Shown piece after piece: positions 39,528-48,762 of a DNA stretch of 64,000 nt; within the stretch, counting starts at the first letter, position 1; every line of letters starts with the position of its first letter. A program made the position numbers and the translations under genes. The stretch lies in the NCBI GenBank assembly GCA_963704885.1, contig CAVPIB010000008.1:32001-96000 (forward strand), given 5' to 3'. Under the pieces are notes generated by a model. The model saw nothing but the letters and a program-made list of their open reading frames with translations, was not told the DNA's origin and made no database searches. Source of the DNA: an uncultured Actinomycetes bacterium (GTDB taxonomy: Bacteria > Actinomycetota > UBA4738 > HRBIN12).

Positions 39528-39912
39528 TGGGACCGAAGCGGTACGCCTCCTGCTCCCAATCGCGGCGGCGGCGGTACGCGGACGGGCTCACGCCGATGTG
39601 TTGGCGGAACGTGGTGGTGAAGTGGCTGAGCGAGTTGAATCCCACGCGGTGGCAGATCTGCGTGACCGTGAACTCCGATTCGCGCAGGAGCGACTTGGCA
39701 CGTTCGATCCGAAGACCGATCAGGTAGCGGTACGGGGGGACGCCAACGTAGGCAGTGAACTGGCGGGTGAAGTAGTAAGGGCTGAGCGCCGCCTCTCGAG
39801 CGATGGTGCGAAGATCGACGTCTCGATCGAGGTTCTCTTCGAGGAAGGCCTGCACTTCGCGGATCCTCCGCTGAAGGTGCGGGCTCGGCGCTAAGTCTTC
39901 GGACAGGGACAC
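39481..39912 (-). CDS. Short AraC/XylS-family regulator (DNA-binding domain only)
   Basis: IAREAALSPYYFTRQF..GVPP..RIERAKSLL..VTQICHRVGFNSLSHF..GVSPSAYR. GTG start after a purine-rich SD; alternative ATG at 39930. Confidence 0.88.
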   Translation of the reverse strand: MSLSEDLAPSPHLQRRIREVQAFLEENLDRDVDLRTIAREAALSPYYFTRQFTAYVGVPPYRYLIGLRIERAKSLLRESEFTVTQICHRVGFNSLSHFTTTFRQHIGVSPSAYRRRRDWEQEAYRFGPITDRLVHQPTKRMNL

Positions 39913-40030
39913 GTAACCCCCTCTCTCCATGCAAAGGGTACGTGCGGGAACGCAGGAATGGCTTTCGGAATCCTGCCGGGTTAGCCCTTTCGTTGAATGG
40001 GTGTTCAATCCCCGTAGCTGGGAGTTACGG

Positions 40031-41422
40031 CTACACCATGTTCTTTGGCTTGACGGCCTCGTCGAACTCCGCCTCGCTGAGGAAACCGAGTTCGAGCGCG
40101 GCCTCCCTGAGGGTGCTCGCGTCGTGGTGGGCCTTCTTGGCGATCTGGGCGGCCTTGTCGTAACCGATCTTCGGTGTGAGCGCCGTCACCAGCATCAACG
40201 ATCGGTGCACCAACTCGTCGATGCGTTGGCGATCGGGTGCCAGGCCCTCCACGCAGAACTCGCGGAACGTCCTGGATGCGTCGGCCATGAGCTTGGCCGA
40301 ATGCAGCAGGTTGCGGATCATCACCGGCTTGAACACATTCAGCTCGAAGTTCCCCTGCGAGCCGGCGAGCTTGACAGCGGTGTCGTTGCCGAACACCTGG
40401 ACCGCGACCATCGTCATGGCCTCGGACTGAGTGGGGTTGACCTTCCCGGGCATGATCGACGAACCGGGCTCGTTCTCTGGCAGGACTAACTCACCCAAAC
40501 CGCTGCGAGGGCCAGAGCCAAGCCACCGGATGTCGTTGGCGATCTTCATGAGCGACGCGGCGAGCGTGGCGAGTGCCCCGGATGCGAACACCACGGCGTC
40601 GTGTGCCGCGAGCGCGGCGAACTTGTTGGGCGCAGACACGAACGGCAGCCCGGTCAACTCCGCGATGTTCGCTGCGCACGCCTCGGCGAACCCTGGGGGC
40701 GCGTTCAGCCCGGTCCCCACCGCCGTGCCGCCGATCGCCAGCTCGTAGAGGCCTGGGAGGACCTGTTCGATGCGATCGAGGTCGGCGTCAAGCTGTGCTG
40801 CGTACCCGCCGAACTCCTGCCCGAGCGTCAGCGGCACGGCGTCCTGCAGGTGCGTGCGGCCGATCTTCACGATGTCCGCGAACTCGTCGGCGCGGGCCGC
40901 TAGGGCATCCCGCAAGGCTCGGACCGATGGCATCAGCCGGTGCACCAACGTCTCCGCTCCAGCGATGTGCATGGCGGTGGGGAAGGTGTCGTTCGACGAC
41001 TGAGACATGTTGACGTGGTCGTTCGGGTGGACGGGTTGCTTCGACCCGAGCACGCCTCCGGCCATCTCTATCGCGCGATTGGAGATGACCTCATTGGCGT
41101 TCATGTTGCTCTGCGTGCCGGAGCCCGTCTGCCACACGTACAACGGGAAGTGCTCGTCGAGGGAACCTTCGATCACCTCGTCGGCCGCGGCAACGATGAG
41201 GGCGCCGATCTCCGGATCCAGGTGCCCGCCCGCCATGTTGGCCTGTGCCGCGGCCTTCTTGAGGATGCCCATGGCGCGGACCACCTCGAGCGGCATGCGC
41301 TCGGAGTCCGCGTCGCCGATCGCGAAGTGGTGCAGCGAACGCTCGGTCTGCGCCCCCCAGTAGCGGGAGGTCTCGACCTGGATCTCACCGATGCTGTCGG
41401 ACTCGGTGCGGGTGCTGGTCAC
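40031..41422 (-). CDS. fumC: Fumarate hydratase class II
   Basis: [60 protein letters not shown]. Confidence 0.97.
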   Translation of the reverse strand: MTSTRTESDSIGEIQVETSRYWGAQTERSLHHFAIGDADSERMPLEVVRAMGILKKAAAQANMAGGHLDPEIGALIVAAADEVIEGSLDEHFPLYVWQTGSGTQSNMNANEVISNRAIEMAGGVLGSKQPVHPNDHVNMSQSSNDTFPTAMHIAGAETLVHRLMPSVRALRDALAARADEFADIVKIGRTHLQDAVPLTLGQEFGGYAAQLDADLDRIEQVLPGLYELAIGGTAVGTGLNAPPGFAEACAANIAELTGLPFVSAPNKFAALAAHDAVVFASGALATLAASLMKIANDIRWLGSGPRSGLGELVLPENEPGSSIMPGKVNPTQSEAMTMVAVQVFGNDTAVKLAGSQGNFELNVFKPVMIRNLLHSAKLMADASRTFREFCVEGLAPDRQRIDELVHRSLMLVTALTPKIGYDKAAQIAKKAHHDASTLREAALELGFLSEAEFDEAVKPKNMV

Positions 41423-41426
41423 ATCC

Positions 41427-41558
41427 TCATTCTGACAGGCCGAGGTCGAGCCGAAGCAGAGCGCCGTCGTCGAATGCGGCCGTCCAGAAGGACCCGTCGA
41501 CGCACGCCGGGACGAGCAACACGACCGCCAGGGTCGCTGCCAGCGATCGGGTCCTCAC
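41427..41558 (-). pseudogene. 43-aa lipoprotein-like ORF, possibly an internally deleted gene remnant
   Basis: [19 protein letters not shown] (lipobox-like) fused directly to [21 protein letters not shown]; absent from the supplied ORF track. Confidence 0.35.
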
Positions 41559-41623
41559 ACAGCGACATACGGGGCCGTCAAGGGTTCGGATGCGCGTCCG
41601 GCCCTGCGATAGGCTGCGGCGAC

Positions 41624-42034
41624 ATGGATAGCGGCAATATCCCGAAGCTGCGCGCGATCCCTATCTTCGCCGGCCTGGATGACGATGCGCTGGAACGGAT
41701 CGCCGAGGTCGTCACTGAGTTCGAGGCGGCCGCCGGGCACGTGCTGGTTCAACCGGGCCAGCAGGGTTCGGGGATGTTCATCCTGCAGGAGGGCTCGGTC
41801 GTCGTCGAACTGCACAACGGCACGACCATCACTCTCGAGCCGGGGGAGTTCTTCGGCGAGCTGGCGATCCTAGCTCCGGGCGTCTCGCGGACCGCTCGAG
41901 TCCGCGCGTCTTCGCCCGTTCGATGCCTGGCGATCTCGCGACCCGAGTTCGCCCGGGTGTTGGCGGAACAACCAGCGATCGCCGTCGCGATGCTGCCGGT
42001 GCTGGCTAGTCGCATCGCCGAGCTCGAGGCCTGA
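41624..42034 (+). CDS. Stand-alone cyclic nucleotide-binding domain protein
   Basis: LRAIPIFAGL, MFILQEGSV, LEPGEFFGELA, RTARVRA. Confidence 0.9.
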   Translation: MDSGNIPKLRAIPIFAGLDDDALERIAEVVTEFEAAAGHVLVQPGQQGSGMFILQEGSVVVELHNGTTITLEPGEFFGELAILAPGVSRTARVRASSPVRCLAISRPEFARVLAEQPAIAVAMLPVLASRIAELEA

Positions 42035-42040
42035 TCGAAG

Positions 42041-42499
42041 GTGAGTTCGAAGCTGCCGCGTCAGATCCGTCGCGCGCTGTGGATCTTGATGGCCGCCTTC
42101 GCCCTGATCCAAGTGATCCCGTACGGTCACGATCACTCGAACCCCCCGATCACAGGGGAGCCGGCGTGGGACAGCGCCACGACACGCGCGCTGGTGGGGA
42201 CGTCGTGCTTCGACTGTCACAGCAATCAGACGCAGTGGTACTGGTACACCAACGTCGCGCCGTTCTCGTGGCTCGTGCAACGCGACGTCGAGGAGGGCCG
42301 CGCGGTCCTGAACTTCAGCGAGTGGGATCGGCCACAGAGGATCGACGAGGTGGCCGAGTCCATAAGCGAGGGGTCGATGCCGCCCTGGTACTACTACGCG
42401 GTCCACTGGGCGGCCAAGCTCTCGCCGAACGAGCAAGAGGAACTGATCGCTGGACTTCGACTGACGTTCCAGGCGTCGCCGCCTGTCGGTGAAGGGTGA
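42041..42499 (+). CDS. Membrane-anchored monoheme c-type heme-binding (Haem_bd) protein
   Basis: N-terminal TM, NPP, CFDCH heme-c motif, WYTNVAPFSW, GRAVLNFSEW, MPP. Confidence 0.85.
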   Translation: MSSKLPRQIRRALWILMAAFALIQVIPYGHDHSNPPITGEPAWDSATTRALVGTSCFDCHSNQTQWYWYTNVAPFSWLVQRDVEEGRAVLNFSEWDRPQRIDEVAESISEGSMPPWYYYAVHWAAKLSPNEQEELIAGLRLTFQASPPVGEG

Positions 42500-42523
42500 T
42501 CGCGCGGCGGTAGGCTTCCCGCC

Positions 42524-43681
42524 GTGATGGAGACCTTCGACGTCGCGATCGTGGGCGCAGGTGTGCACGGCGCATCGGCGGCCTTCCATCTGGCGTCGCG
42601 CGGAGTGAGCTGCGTGATCTTCGAGCGCTCGACGCCGGCGGGAGGTCCCACCGGGCGATCGAGCGCCGTGTGTCGCGCCTACTACACGAACCAGTTCTTG
42701 GCGCGTGCGGCCCGCGACAGCATCGCCATGATGCGGGACTTCGTTCCGCTCACGGGGGTCGAGTCCGGATTCAAGCCGACGGGTCTGCTGTATCTGCACC
42801 CGCCGGAGGACGCCGGGTCGGTCGAGGCGTCGGTGGCACGCCTGAACGAACTGGGGATCGCCACCGATCTGTTCGACCCCGCTGGTCTGGCGGATGCCTA
42901 CCCGGCGTTCTCGCTCGACGGGGTTGGTGTGGGCGCCCTCGAACGTGGCGCCGGCTACTCGGATCCGCACGCGGTCACGGAGGGCCTGTTCCACAAGGCC
43001 ACAGAGTTGGGGGCCGTGGCAAGGCTCGGCCGGACCGTCGTGGGGCTGGAAGCCTCAGAAGGGGGCGCGGTCGTCACCACGGACGACGGACTCCGCACGT
43101 CGTGCGGAAAGGTGCTGATCGCGGCCGGGCCCTGGACGGGTCCACTCGCCGCCCAGCTCGGAACCGCGCTCCCGCTCACGGTGGAGCGACATGTCGTCGC
43201 CACGTTCCGATGGGCCGGTGCCCAGCCCGTCGCGGCGCACGGCGACCTGATCGGCGGCTACTACTTCCGTCCGGAAGGCGAAGATCTCTTCCTGATGGGC
43301 CCGCTCCATCCCGCACCCGCCGCCGATCCGGACGATTTCGATCAGGAGATCCGCGAGGACGAGGTGCGGGCCCTGGCCGAGGCCGCGGTCCGCCGCGTGC
43401 CGCACCTGGCGGCTTCGGAATTCCACGGGGGGTGGGCGAGCCTGTACGACGTGAGCCCCGATTGGCAGCCGATGATCGGGCAGGTGGCGCCCAACGTGTT
43501 CGTGGACGCCGGGACCAGCGGGCATGGGTTCAAGCTGGCGCCGGCGCTCGGCAAGCACATCGCCGACATGGTCATGGGCTCGCCGGACACCGATCCGGCT
43601 CTGGCCGAGTTCGATCCGTTCCGGTTCGAACGAGGGAGTTCCCTCGCGGCCGGCTACCAGGACGCGCGCATCCTGGGCTGA
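42524..43681 (+). CDS. FAD-dependent oxidoreductase (DAO / sarcosine oxidase beta family)
   Basis: IVGAGVHG, TGRSSA, AAGPW, YFRPE, YDVSPDWQPMIG, GTSGHGFKLAP. Confidence 0.9.
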   Translation: MMETFDVAIVGAGVHGASAAFHLASRGVSCVIFERSTPAGGPTGRSSAVCRAYYTNQFLARAARDSIAMMRDFVPLTGVESGFKPTGLLYLHPPEDAGSVEASVARLNELGIATDLFDPAGLADAYPAFSLDGVGVGALERGAGYSDPHAVTEGLFHKATELGAVARLGRTVVGLEASEGGAVVTTDDGLRTSCGKVLIAAGPWTGPLAAQLGTALPLTVERHVVATFRWAGAQPVAAHGDLIGGYYFRPEGEDLFLMGPLHPAPAADPDDFDQEIREDEVRALAEAAVRRVPHLAASEFHGGWASLYDVSPDWQPMIGQVAPNVFVDAGTSGHGFKLAPALGKHIADMVMGSPDTDPALAEFDPFRFERGSSLAAGYQDARILG

Positions 43682-43687
43682 GCCGCC

Positions 43688-43873
43688 TTAGCTCGCGCCG
43701 GGCGACTTCCCGTGCATGCGAGGAGCGAACTCGTCGCAGGTGTCCTCGGCTCGGATGATGCCTCGCACGTACTTGCAGGTGCCGAACGAGGTCCGCGGGA
43801 ACATGAACTCGCAGATATCGCACCGCACCGTAGCCTGGGGCGCCGGCCCGTAACCCGCCGCCTTCTTCGTCAA
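43688..43873 (-). CDS. HiPIP-like (high-potential iron-sulfur) small protein without a signal peptide; the true start may be ATG 43892 with a frameshift
   Basis: Y-x9-CDIC-x11-C-x-x-V-x-G-x-I-x5-C-x-x-F spacing matches HiPIP-type 4-Cys proteins. Confidence 0.6.
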   Translation of the reverse strand: MTKKAAGYGPAPQATVRCDICEFMFPRTSFGTCKYVRGIIRAEDTCDEFAPRMHGKSPGAS

Positions 43874-43998
43874 CCCCCACGTCCTTCGGCATCTCGAGCT
43901 CCTTCCTTTCGAACCCCCGGGGCCATGCTAGTGCCACCCAGGGCCGTGAATGGCTTGCTTCCGCCGCGGGGCGGCCGCCCGGTAGCATGAAGGTGTCT

Positions 43999-44072
<74 letters not shown>

Positions 44073-44081
44073 CGGGAGCTA

Positions 44082-44102
44082 ACTAGTCCGTTACGGACTA
44101 GT
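44082..44102. terminator. Hairpin between the convergent tRNA-Ile2 and gdhA, probable bidirectional terminator
   Basis: Perfect 9-bp inverted repeat ACTAGTCCG-TTA-CGGACTAGT. Confidence 0.55.
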
Positions 44103-45330
44103 GCCAACCACGGATGCGGCCCGCCTCCGCCACTCGCTCGATGGCTATCTCGTAGGCGGCGGCGCGGTGCGTGATCGCGTTCTGGTTGGCGCGTTCCATG
44201 ACCTCGTCCGTTGCGGCCTCCATCAGCTCCTGCAATCGGCCGTTCACTCGATCCTCGCTCCACCGCTCGCTCTGGATGTTCTGTGCCCATTCCAGGTAGG
44301 AGACCGTCACCCCACCACCGCTGCCGAGGATGTCCGGAATGACGGTGATGCCTCGCGATGCGAGCGTGGCGTCGGCCTCCGGCGTGGTCGGGTAGTTCGC
44401 GACCTCGAGCACCAGGGTCGCTTGGATGAGACCCTCGTTGTCCGATCGGATCGACTCCTCGAGCGCCGCGGGGACCAGCACGTCGCAGTCGATACCGATG
44501 ATGTCCGCCCCATCGATCGTTTCCGCTTGCTTGAACCCGACGACGCTCCCCGTCTCCTGCTTGTGCGCCAAGACGTCGCCGGGGTGCATCCCGTCCGCGT
44601 TGTGGATCGTGCCTTTCGTGTCCGACACGGCTACGACCTGGTATCCGAGTTGATGCGCCAACACCACGAACCAGGAGCCGGCGTTACCGTAGCCCTCGAC
44701 TGCCACGCGGATCTTCTCGCGGGTCCAGCCGCGATGGTGGGCGACCCGGTCGAGGCAGATCAGCGCCCCGCGCCCGGTGGCCGCGTCGCGACCGAGCGAA
44801 CCCCCCAGTGCAACGGGCTTGCCAGTGATGACGGCTGGCGAGTCACCGTGGATCCTCGAGTACTCGTCGTACATCCAGGCCATCTCGCGAGGGCCGGTGT
44901 TGACGTCGGGCGCCGGGATGTCACGACGCGGCCCCACGACCATGTCGATCGCGGCGAAGAACGAACGGCACAGGCGTTGGAGCTCGGCTTCCGTGAGCTG
45001 CTTGGGGTCGACCCTGATACCTCCCTTGCCGCCTCCGAACGGAACATCCAGCAGCGCGGTCTTCCATGTCATCAATGCGGCGAAACACCGGAACTCGTCG
45101 AGCGACGCGTTGGGGTGGAACCGCAGGCCGCCCTTGAACGGACCGCGCGCGGCGTTGTACTGCACGCGCCACCCTTCGAAGATCTGGAGTGAGTCATCGT
45201 CCATAGGGACGCGGACCTGCACCGCGACCTCGCGCCGTGGCGTCTGAAGCACCCGCCGCGCTCCGTCCTCGAGCCCGATCCGGTCGGCCGCCTGCTCGAA
45301 GAACCCGTTGACCGCGTCGAACAGCCGCAT
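44098..45330 (-). CDS. gdhA: Glu/Leu/Phe/Val dehydrogenase (glutamate dehydrogenase)
   Basis: RGPFKGGLRFHP, MTWKTA, PFGGGKGG, DIPAPDVNT, ITGKP..GGSLGR..ATGRG, GYGNAG, GGVTVSYLEW. Confidence 0.93.
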   Translation of the reverse strand: MRLFDAVNGFFEQAADRIGLEDGARRVLQTPRREVAVQVRVPMDDDSLQIFEGWRVQYNAARGPFKGGLRFHPNASLDEFRCFAALMTWKTALLDVPFGGGKGGIRVDPKQLTEAELQRLCRSFFAAIDMVVGPRRDIPAPDVNTGPREMAWMYDEYSRIHGDSPAVITGKPVALGGSLGRDAATGRGALICLDRVAHHRGWTREKIRVAVEGYGNAGSWFVVLAHQLGYQVVAVSDTKGTIHNADGMHPGDVLAHKQETGSVVGFKQAETIDGADIIGIDCDVLVPAALEESIRSDNEGLIQATLVLEVANYPTTPEADATLASRGITVIPDILGSGGGVTVSYLEWAQNIQSERWSEDRVNGRLQELMEAATDEVMERANQNAITHRAAAYEIAIERVAEAGRIRGWH

Positions 45331-45407
45331 ATCTGGGCGCTCCCTTCAGGGTGGAGTGGGGGCGTGCCCCCGCATCGTAGCGCCGCTCGCCGCCGTAGGC
45401 TGTCCAG

Positions 45408-46490
45408 GTGACCTTACGACCCACGCTGGACCAGATCGTCCACGCGCCTAAGGTGCTGCTTCACGACCACCTGGACGGCGGACTCCGCGCCGCGACCATC
45501 GTCGAGCTTGCCGATCAGACCGGATACCGGGACCTCCCCACCACCGATCCGGGGGAGCTGTCGACCTGGATGACGCGCGGGGCCAGCCGCAAGGACTTGG
45601 TCCTGTACCTCGAGACCTTCGCCCACACGGTTGGGGTGATGCAGACCGGCGAGGCGTTGACGCGCGTTGCTCGCGAGTGCGCCGAAGACCTGGCCGCCGA
45701 CGGGATCGTCTACGCCGAGGTTCGGTTCGCGCCGGAGCTCCATCTCGCAAGCGGCCTGCAACTCGATGAGGTGGTCGAGGCGGTTCAGGAGGGCTTCCGG
45801 CAGGGCTGCGCCGATCGGGCGATCGTGGTTCGCACGCTGCTGACCGGCATGCGCACCGCCGCCCACAGCTTGGAGATAGCCCAGCTCGCGGTTCGATGGC
45901 GCGACCGCGGGGTCTGCGGGTTCGATATCGCCGGGGCGGAGGCAGGCTACCCACCGACGCGACATCTGGACGCGTTCGAGTACGTGCGCCGAGAGAACTT
46001 CCACTTGACCATCCACGCGGGGGAGGCGTTCGGCCTGCCCTCGATCTGGGAGGCGCTCCAGCTCTGCGGCGCCGAGCGCCTGGGCCACGGGGTGCGCATC
46101 GTGGACGACGTCAAGGTAGACCCGGGCTCTCACGCGACGCTCGGACCGATCGCCTCGCTGGTGCGTGACCGGCGCGTCCCGCTCGAGCTCTGCCCCACCT
46201 CCAACATCCACTCGGGAGCCGCGCGCTCGATCGCCGAGCACCCGATCGGCCTCCTGTCCGACCTGCGCTTCCGCGTCACGCTGAACACCGACAACCGGTT
46301 GATGTCCGCGATCACCTTGAGCCAGGAGATGGCCAACCTGGTCGAGGCGTTCGACTTCGGCTGGGACCGTCTGGAGTGGCTGACGGTGAACGCTATGAAG
46401 TCGGCGTTCTTGCCTTTCGATGAACGGGTCGCCTTGATCCACGGCGTGATCAAGCCGGGATACGCGGCGGCACGCGCGGAGTTCGGCTAG
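45408..46490 (+). CDS. add: Adenosine deaminase
   Basis: [55 protein letters not shown]. Confidence 0.95.
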   Translation: MTLRPTLDQIVHAPKVLLHDHLDGGLRAATIVELADQTGYRDLPTTDPGELSTWMTRGASRKDLVLYLETFAHTVGVMQTGEALTRVARECAEDLAADGIVYAEVRFAPELHLASGLQLDEVVEAVQEGFRQGCADRAIVVRTLLTGMRTAAHSLEIAQLAVRWRDRGVCGFDIAGAEAGYPPTRHLDAFEYVRRENFHLTIHAGEAFGLPSIWEALQLCGAERLGHGVRIVDDVKVDPGSHATLGPIASLVRDRRVPLELCPTSNIHSGAARSIAEHPIGLLSDLRFRVTLNTDNRLMSAITLSQEMANLVEAFDFGWDRLEWLTVNAMKSAFLPFDERVALIHGVIKPGYAAARAEFG

Positions 46491-47263
46491 CCCAGGACCT
46501 GCACTTCGTCACCCGCCCGCACTAGCCCGGGCTTCTCGATCTCGGCGTACATGCCGAACGGGATCCCCGTGCGGTTGGGCATCAACCCGCGGTACGCGGT
46601 TATGACCTTCAGGGTGTCGAAGTCCTTCAGCCCGGTGTCGGGGTGCTGCGTGGTGACCACGCATCGGGGCACCTGGCCGTACACGCGCAGCCTCGCCTTA
46701 CCCATGCGGATCGGGCGCCCTGCCCACGAGTCCTCCTCGTGTGGCGTGCATCCGCCCAACTCGAACGTCATGCGGAACCTGCGGCCGTCGAGCTCGCCGT
46801 CGTATTCCCCGCGCTTCCCCGCCTCGGTCACCGACGCGCTCGATACCAGGGTCGCGTGATACACGTCGGTCCCGTCGCCGGGACGGTCGCACCGGGCGAG
46901 GCGGGCAGGGGTTTCCAGGTAGGCGGAGAGCGCCTCTTCCCAGGGGCCGTCCACCACATGCGCTCGCACGGGCCTGCCGTAGAAGTCGGTCACCAGCGGG
47001 GCTGCCAGCTCGCTCGCCGGACCCTCGGCCACAGACCCGTCCGGGAACGAGAGCGACAGGTGGTCGCGCTCTGGGTCATACGCCGGTACGACCGGCTGCG
47101 TCGGGTTGCCCAGACGCCCGGCGGGGAACATACGCCCGTGCTCGTCCACCAGGTAGAAGAGGCGATCACCAGGGACGCCGACGTCCGTGAGCATGACTTC
47201 TTCGGGGTGAAGGAGGGCCATGGACTTCACCGGTGTGATCGATATGCGGGCGACCTGCGGCAT
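46487..47263 (-). CDS. MOSC domain (mARC/YcbX-like molybdoenzyme) protein
   Basis: [36 protein letters not shown] (Moco-ligating Cys), FGMYA, GLVRAGD. Confidence 0.9.
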   Translation of the reverse strand: MPQVARISITPVKSMALLHPEEVMLTDVGVPGDRLFYLVDEHGRMFPAGRLGNPTQPVVPAYDPERDHLSLSFPDGSVAEGPASELAAPLVTDFYGRPVRAHVVDGPWEEALSAYLETPARLARCDRPGDGTDVYHATLVSSASVTEAGKRGEYDGELDGRRFRMTFELGGCTPHEEDSWAGRPIRMGKARLRVYGQVPRCVVTTQHPDTGLKDFDTLKVITAYRGLMPNRTGIPFGMYAEIEKPGLVRAGDEVQVLG

Positions 47264-47395
47264 GATCGCAAGAGCCTAACGGACGCCGCGCCGACCACCG
47301 CTCGCTGCGGATTTGCCGACGGGTGCCGGGTGCGCATACCATCCGCGCCGGCGGGACCGGGGCCGTCGCCAGGACATCCGAGGGGGATCATCAGG

Positions 47396-47749
47396 ATGAA
47401 CGAAGAGCGAGCCCACGACCAGATCGTCGGCGACCTGAACCAGATGCAGGCCCTGCTCCGTAGCGAGGAACCCATGCAGGCCCAGATGGCCGTGGACGCC
47501 GTCACGGTGATCGAGGGCGACGTGTCGCTGCGCGTGGCCGGGATCGCGGAGCGGGTCACCCGTCTGGAACACGATCTAGCCCGGGTAAGCGCGCAGATCG
47601 ATCAGGTGGCGCCCGAACGGCACCGCGTGATGGATTGGCAGCAGCTGCCCGAGTTCAACTTCTGCCCGCAGATCTTCCAGCTGACGCTGGACGACCAGAT
47701 CGCCTTGCTGCAGGGGACGATCGCAGAACGCCTGGACCGCGAGAACTGA
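47396..47749 (+). CDS. Hypothetical coiled-coil protein
   Basis: SD-like GAGGGGG; heptad pattern IAERVTRLEHDLARVSAQID. Confidence 0.55.
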   Translation: MNEERAHDQIVGDLNQMQALLRSEEPMQAQMAVDAVTVIEGDVSLRVAGIAERVTRLEHDLARVSAQIDQVAPERHRVMDWQQLPEFNFCPQIFQLTLDDQIALLQGTIAERLDREN

Positions 47750-47800
47750 CCTCTCGCGCCGGCTCCGGTCTCGCGGGAGGCGCGTGGTAGCGTCGGTCGC

Positions 47801-48277
47801 ATGGGACCGCAGCCGCATCCGGACATAGAGCCGCTGTCGTTCCTGCTGGGCACGTGGCGCGGCGAGGGCAAGGGTGAGTACCCCACGATCCAGCCGTTCG
47901 CCTACGGCGAAGAGGTGCGGTTCTGGCACGTGGGGAAGCCGTTCCTCGCGTATACGCAACGCACCTGGGCGCTGGACGACGACCGACCCCTCCACTCCGA
48001 GATGGGCTACTGGCGCCCGCAGCCCGGTGGCGCGCTCGAGGTGATCTTGGCTCACCCGTTCGGCATAACGGAGATCGAGATCGGCGCCGTCAGCGGCCAC
48101 CGGGTGGAGCTGATCACGCATTCGATAGAGGGCTCGCCTACGGCCAAGGAGGTCACCCGCGTGGAGCGCAGCTTCCACGTGGCCGGGGATGTGCTCGGGT
48201 ACGACCTGCGGATGGCGGCTCTAGGGGAACCGGTTGCCCACCACCTTCACGCGGAGCTCCAGAGGGTGCCCGAGTGA
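47801..48277 (+). CDS. Nitrobindin / FABP-like heme-binding beta-barrel (DUF1794), copy 1
   Basis: HPDIEPLSFLLGTWRGEGKGEYPTI, PFLAYTQRTW, HSEMGYWR, AHPFG; C-terminal HLHAELQR carries the heme His. Confidence 0.9.
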   Translation: MGPQPHPDIEPLSFLLGTWRGEGKGEYPTIQPFAYGEEVRFWHVGKPFLAYTQRTWALDDDRPLHSEMGYWRPQPGGALEVILAHPFGITEIEIGAVSGHRVELITHSIEGSPTAKEVTRVERSFHVAGDVLGYDLRMAALGEPVAHHLHAELQRVPE

Positions 48278-48762
48278 GCGAGCTGGCACGCGGCCCGCTG
48301 CACGCCGATCTGGAGCCGCTCGCGTTCCTGGTGGGGACGTGGCGCGGTGCCGGAAGGGGCGAGTACCCAACCATCGAGCCTTTCGACTACGAGGAGGAGC
48401 TCACGTTCGAGCACGTGGGCGACACGTTCCTCATCTACCAGCAATCGAGCTGGTCACCCACGGACGGCGCGCCCATCCATCTCGAGCGTGGGTTCCTGCG
48501 GCCGGGCGAGGATGGCCGTGTCGAGCTCACGATCGCTCATCCGCTTGGACTGACCGAGGTCTCGGAGGGCGAGCTGGACGGGACCTCGTTCGAGCTGACT
48601 TCCAAGGATGTCGGTCGAACCACGACAGGGATGGACGTTATCGAAGTGGCCCGGCGCTACCGCGTCGACGGCGGCCAACTGACGTACGTAACCGACATGG
48701 CGACCGAACGCACGCCGATGGCCATGCACCTCGAAGCGTCGTTGCGGCGGGTGGGCGAGTGA
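48274..48762 (+). CDS. Nitrobindin / FABP-like heme-binding beta-barrel (DUF1794), copy 2
   Basis: LHADLEPLAFLVGTWRGAGRGEYPTI, HLERGFLR, AHPLG, MHLEASLRR; GTGA overlap with copy 1. Confidence 0.9.
   Translation: MSELARGPLHADLEPLAFLVGTWRGAGRGEYPTIEPFDYEEELTFEHVGDTFLIYQQSSWSPTDGAPIHLERGFLRPGEDGRVELTIAHPLGLTEVSEGELDGTSFELTSKDVGRTTTGMDVIEVARRYRVDGGQLTYVTDMATERTPMAMHLEASLRRVGE

Noticed and set aside
39930-40010. Resemblance to a c-di-GMP-I riboswitch (GGCTAACC..GAAA)
   Set aside because: The downstream GGGACGCAAAGC-type core and second stem are missing; kept only as an unclassified structure.
43572-43988. 138-aa minus-strand ORF containing the ATG at 43892
   Set aside because: After MPKDVG it becomes Arg-rich, low-complexity sequence and runs into the convergent oxidoreductase; the 4-Cys frame is the more credible coding frame.
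48234-48758. N-terminal extension of the P-type ATPase ORF
   Set aside because: It overlaps nitrobindin copy 2 in another frame; GTG 48759 with a GTGA overlap is the better start.
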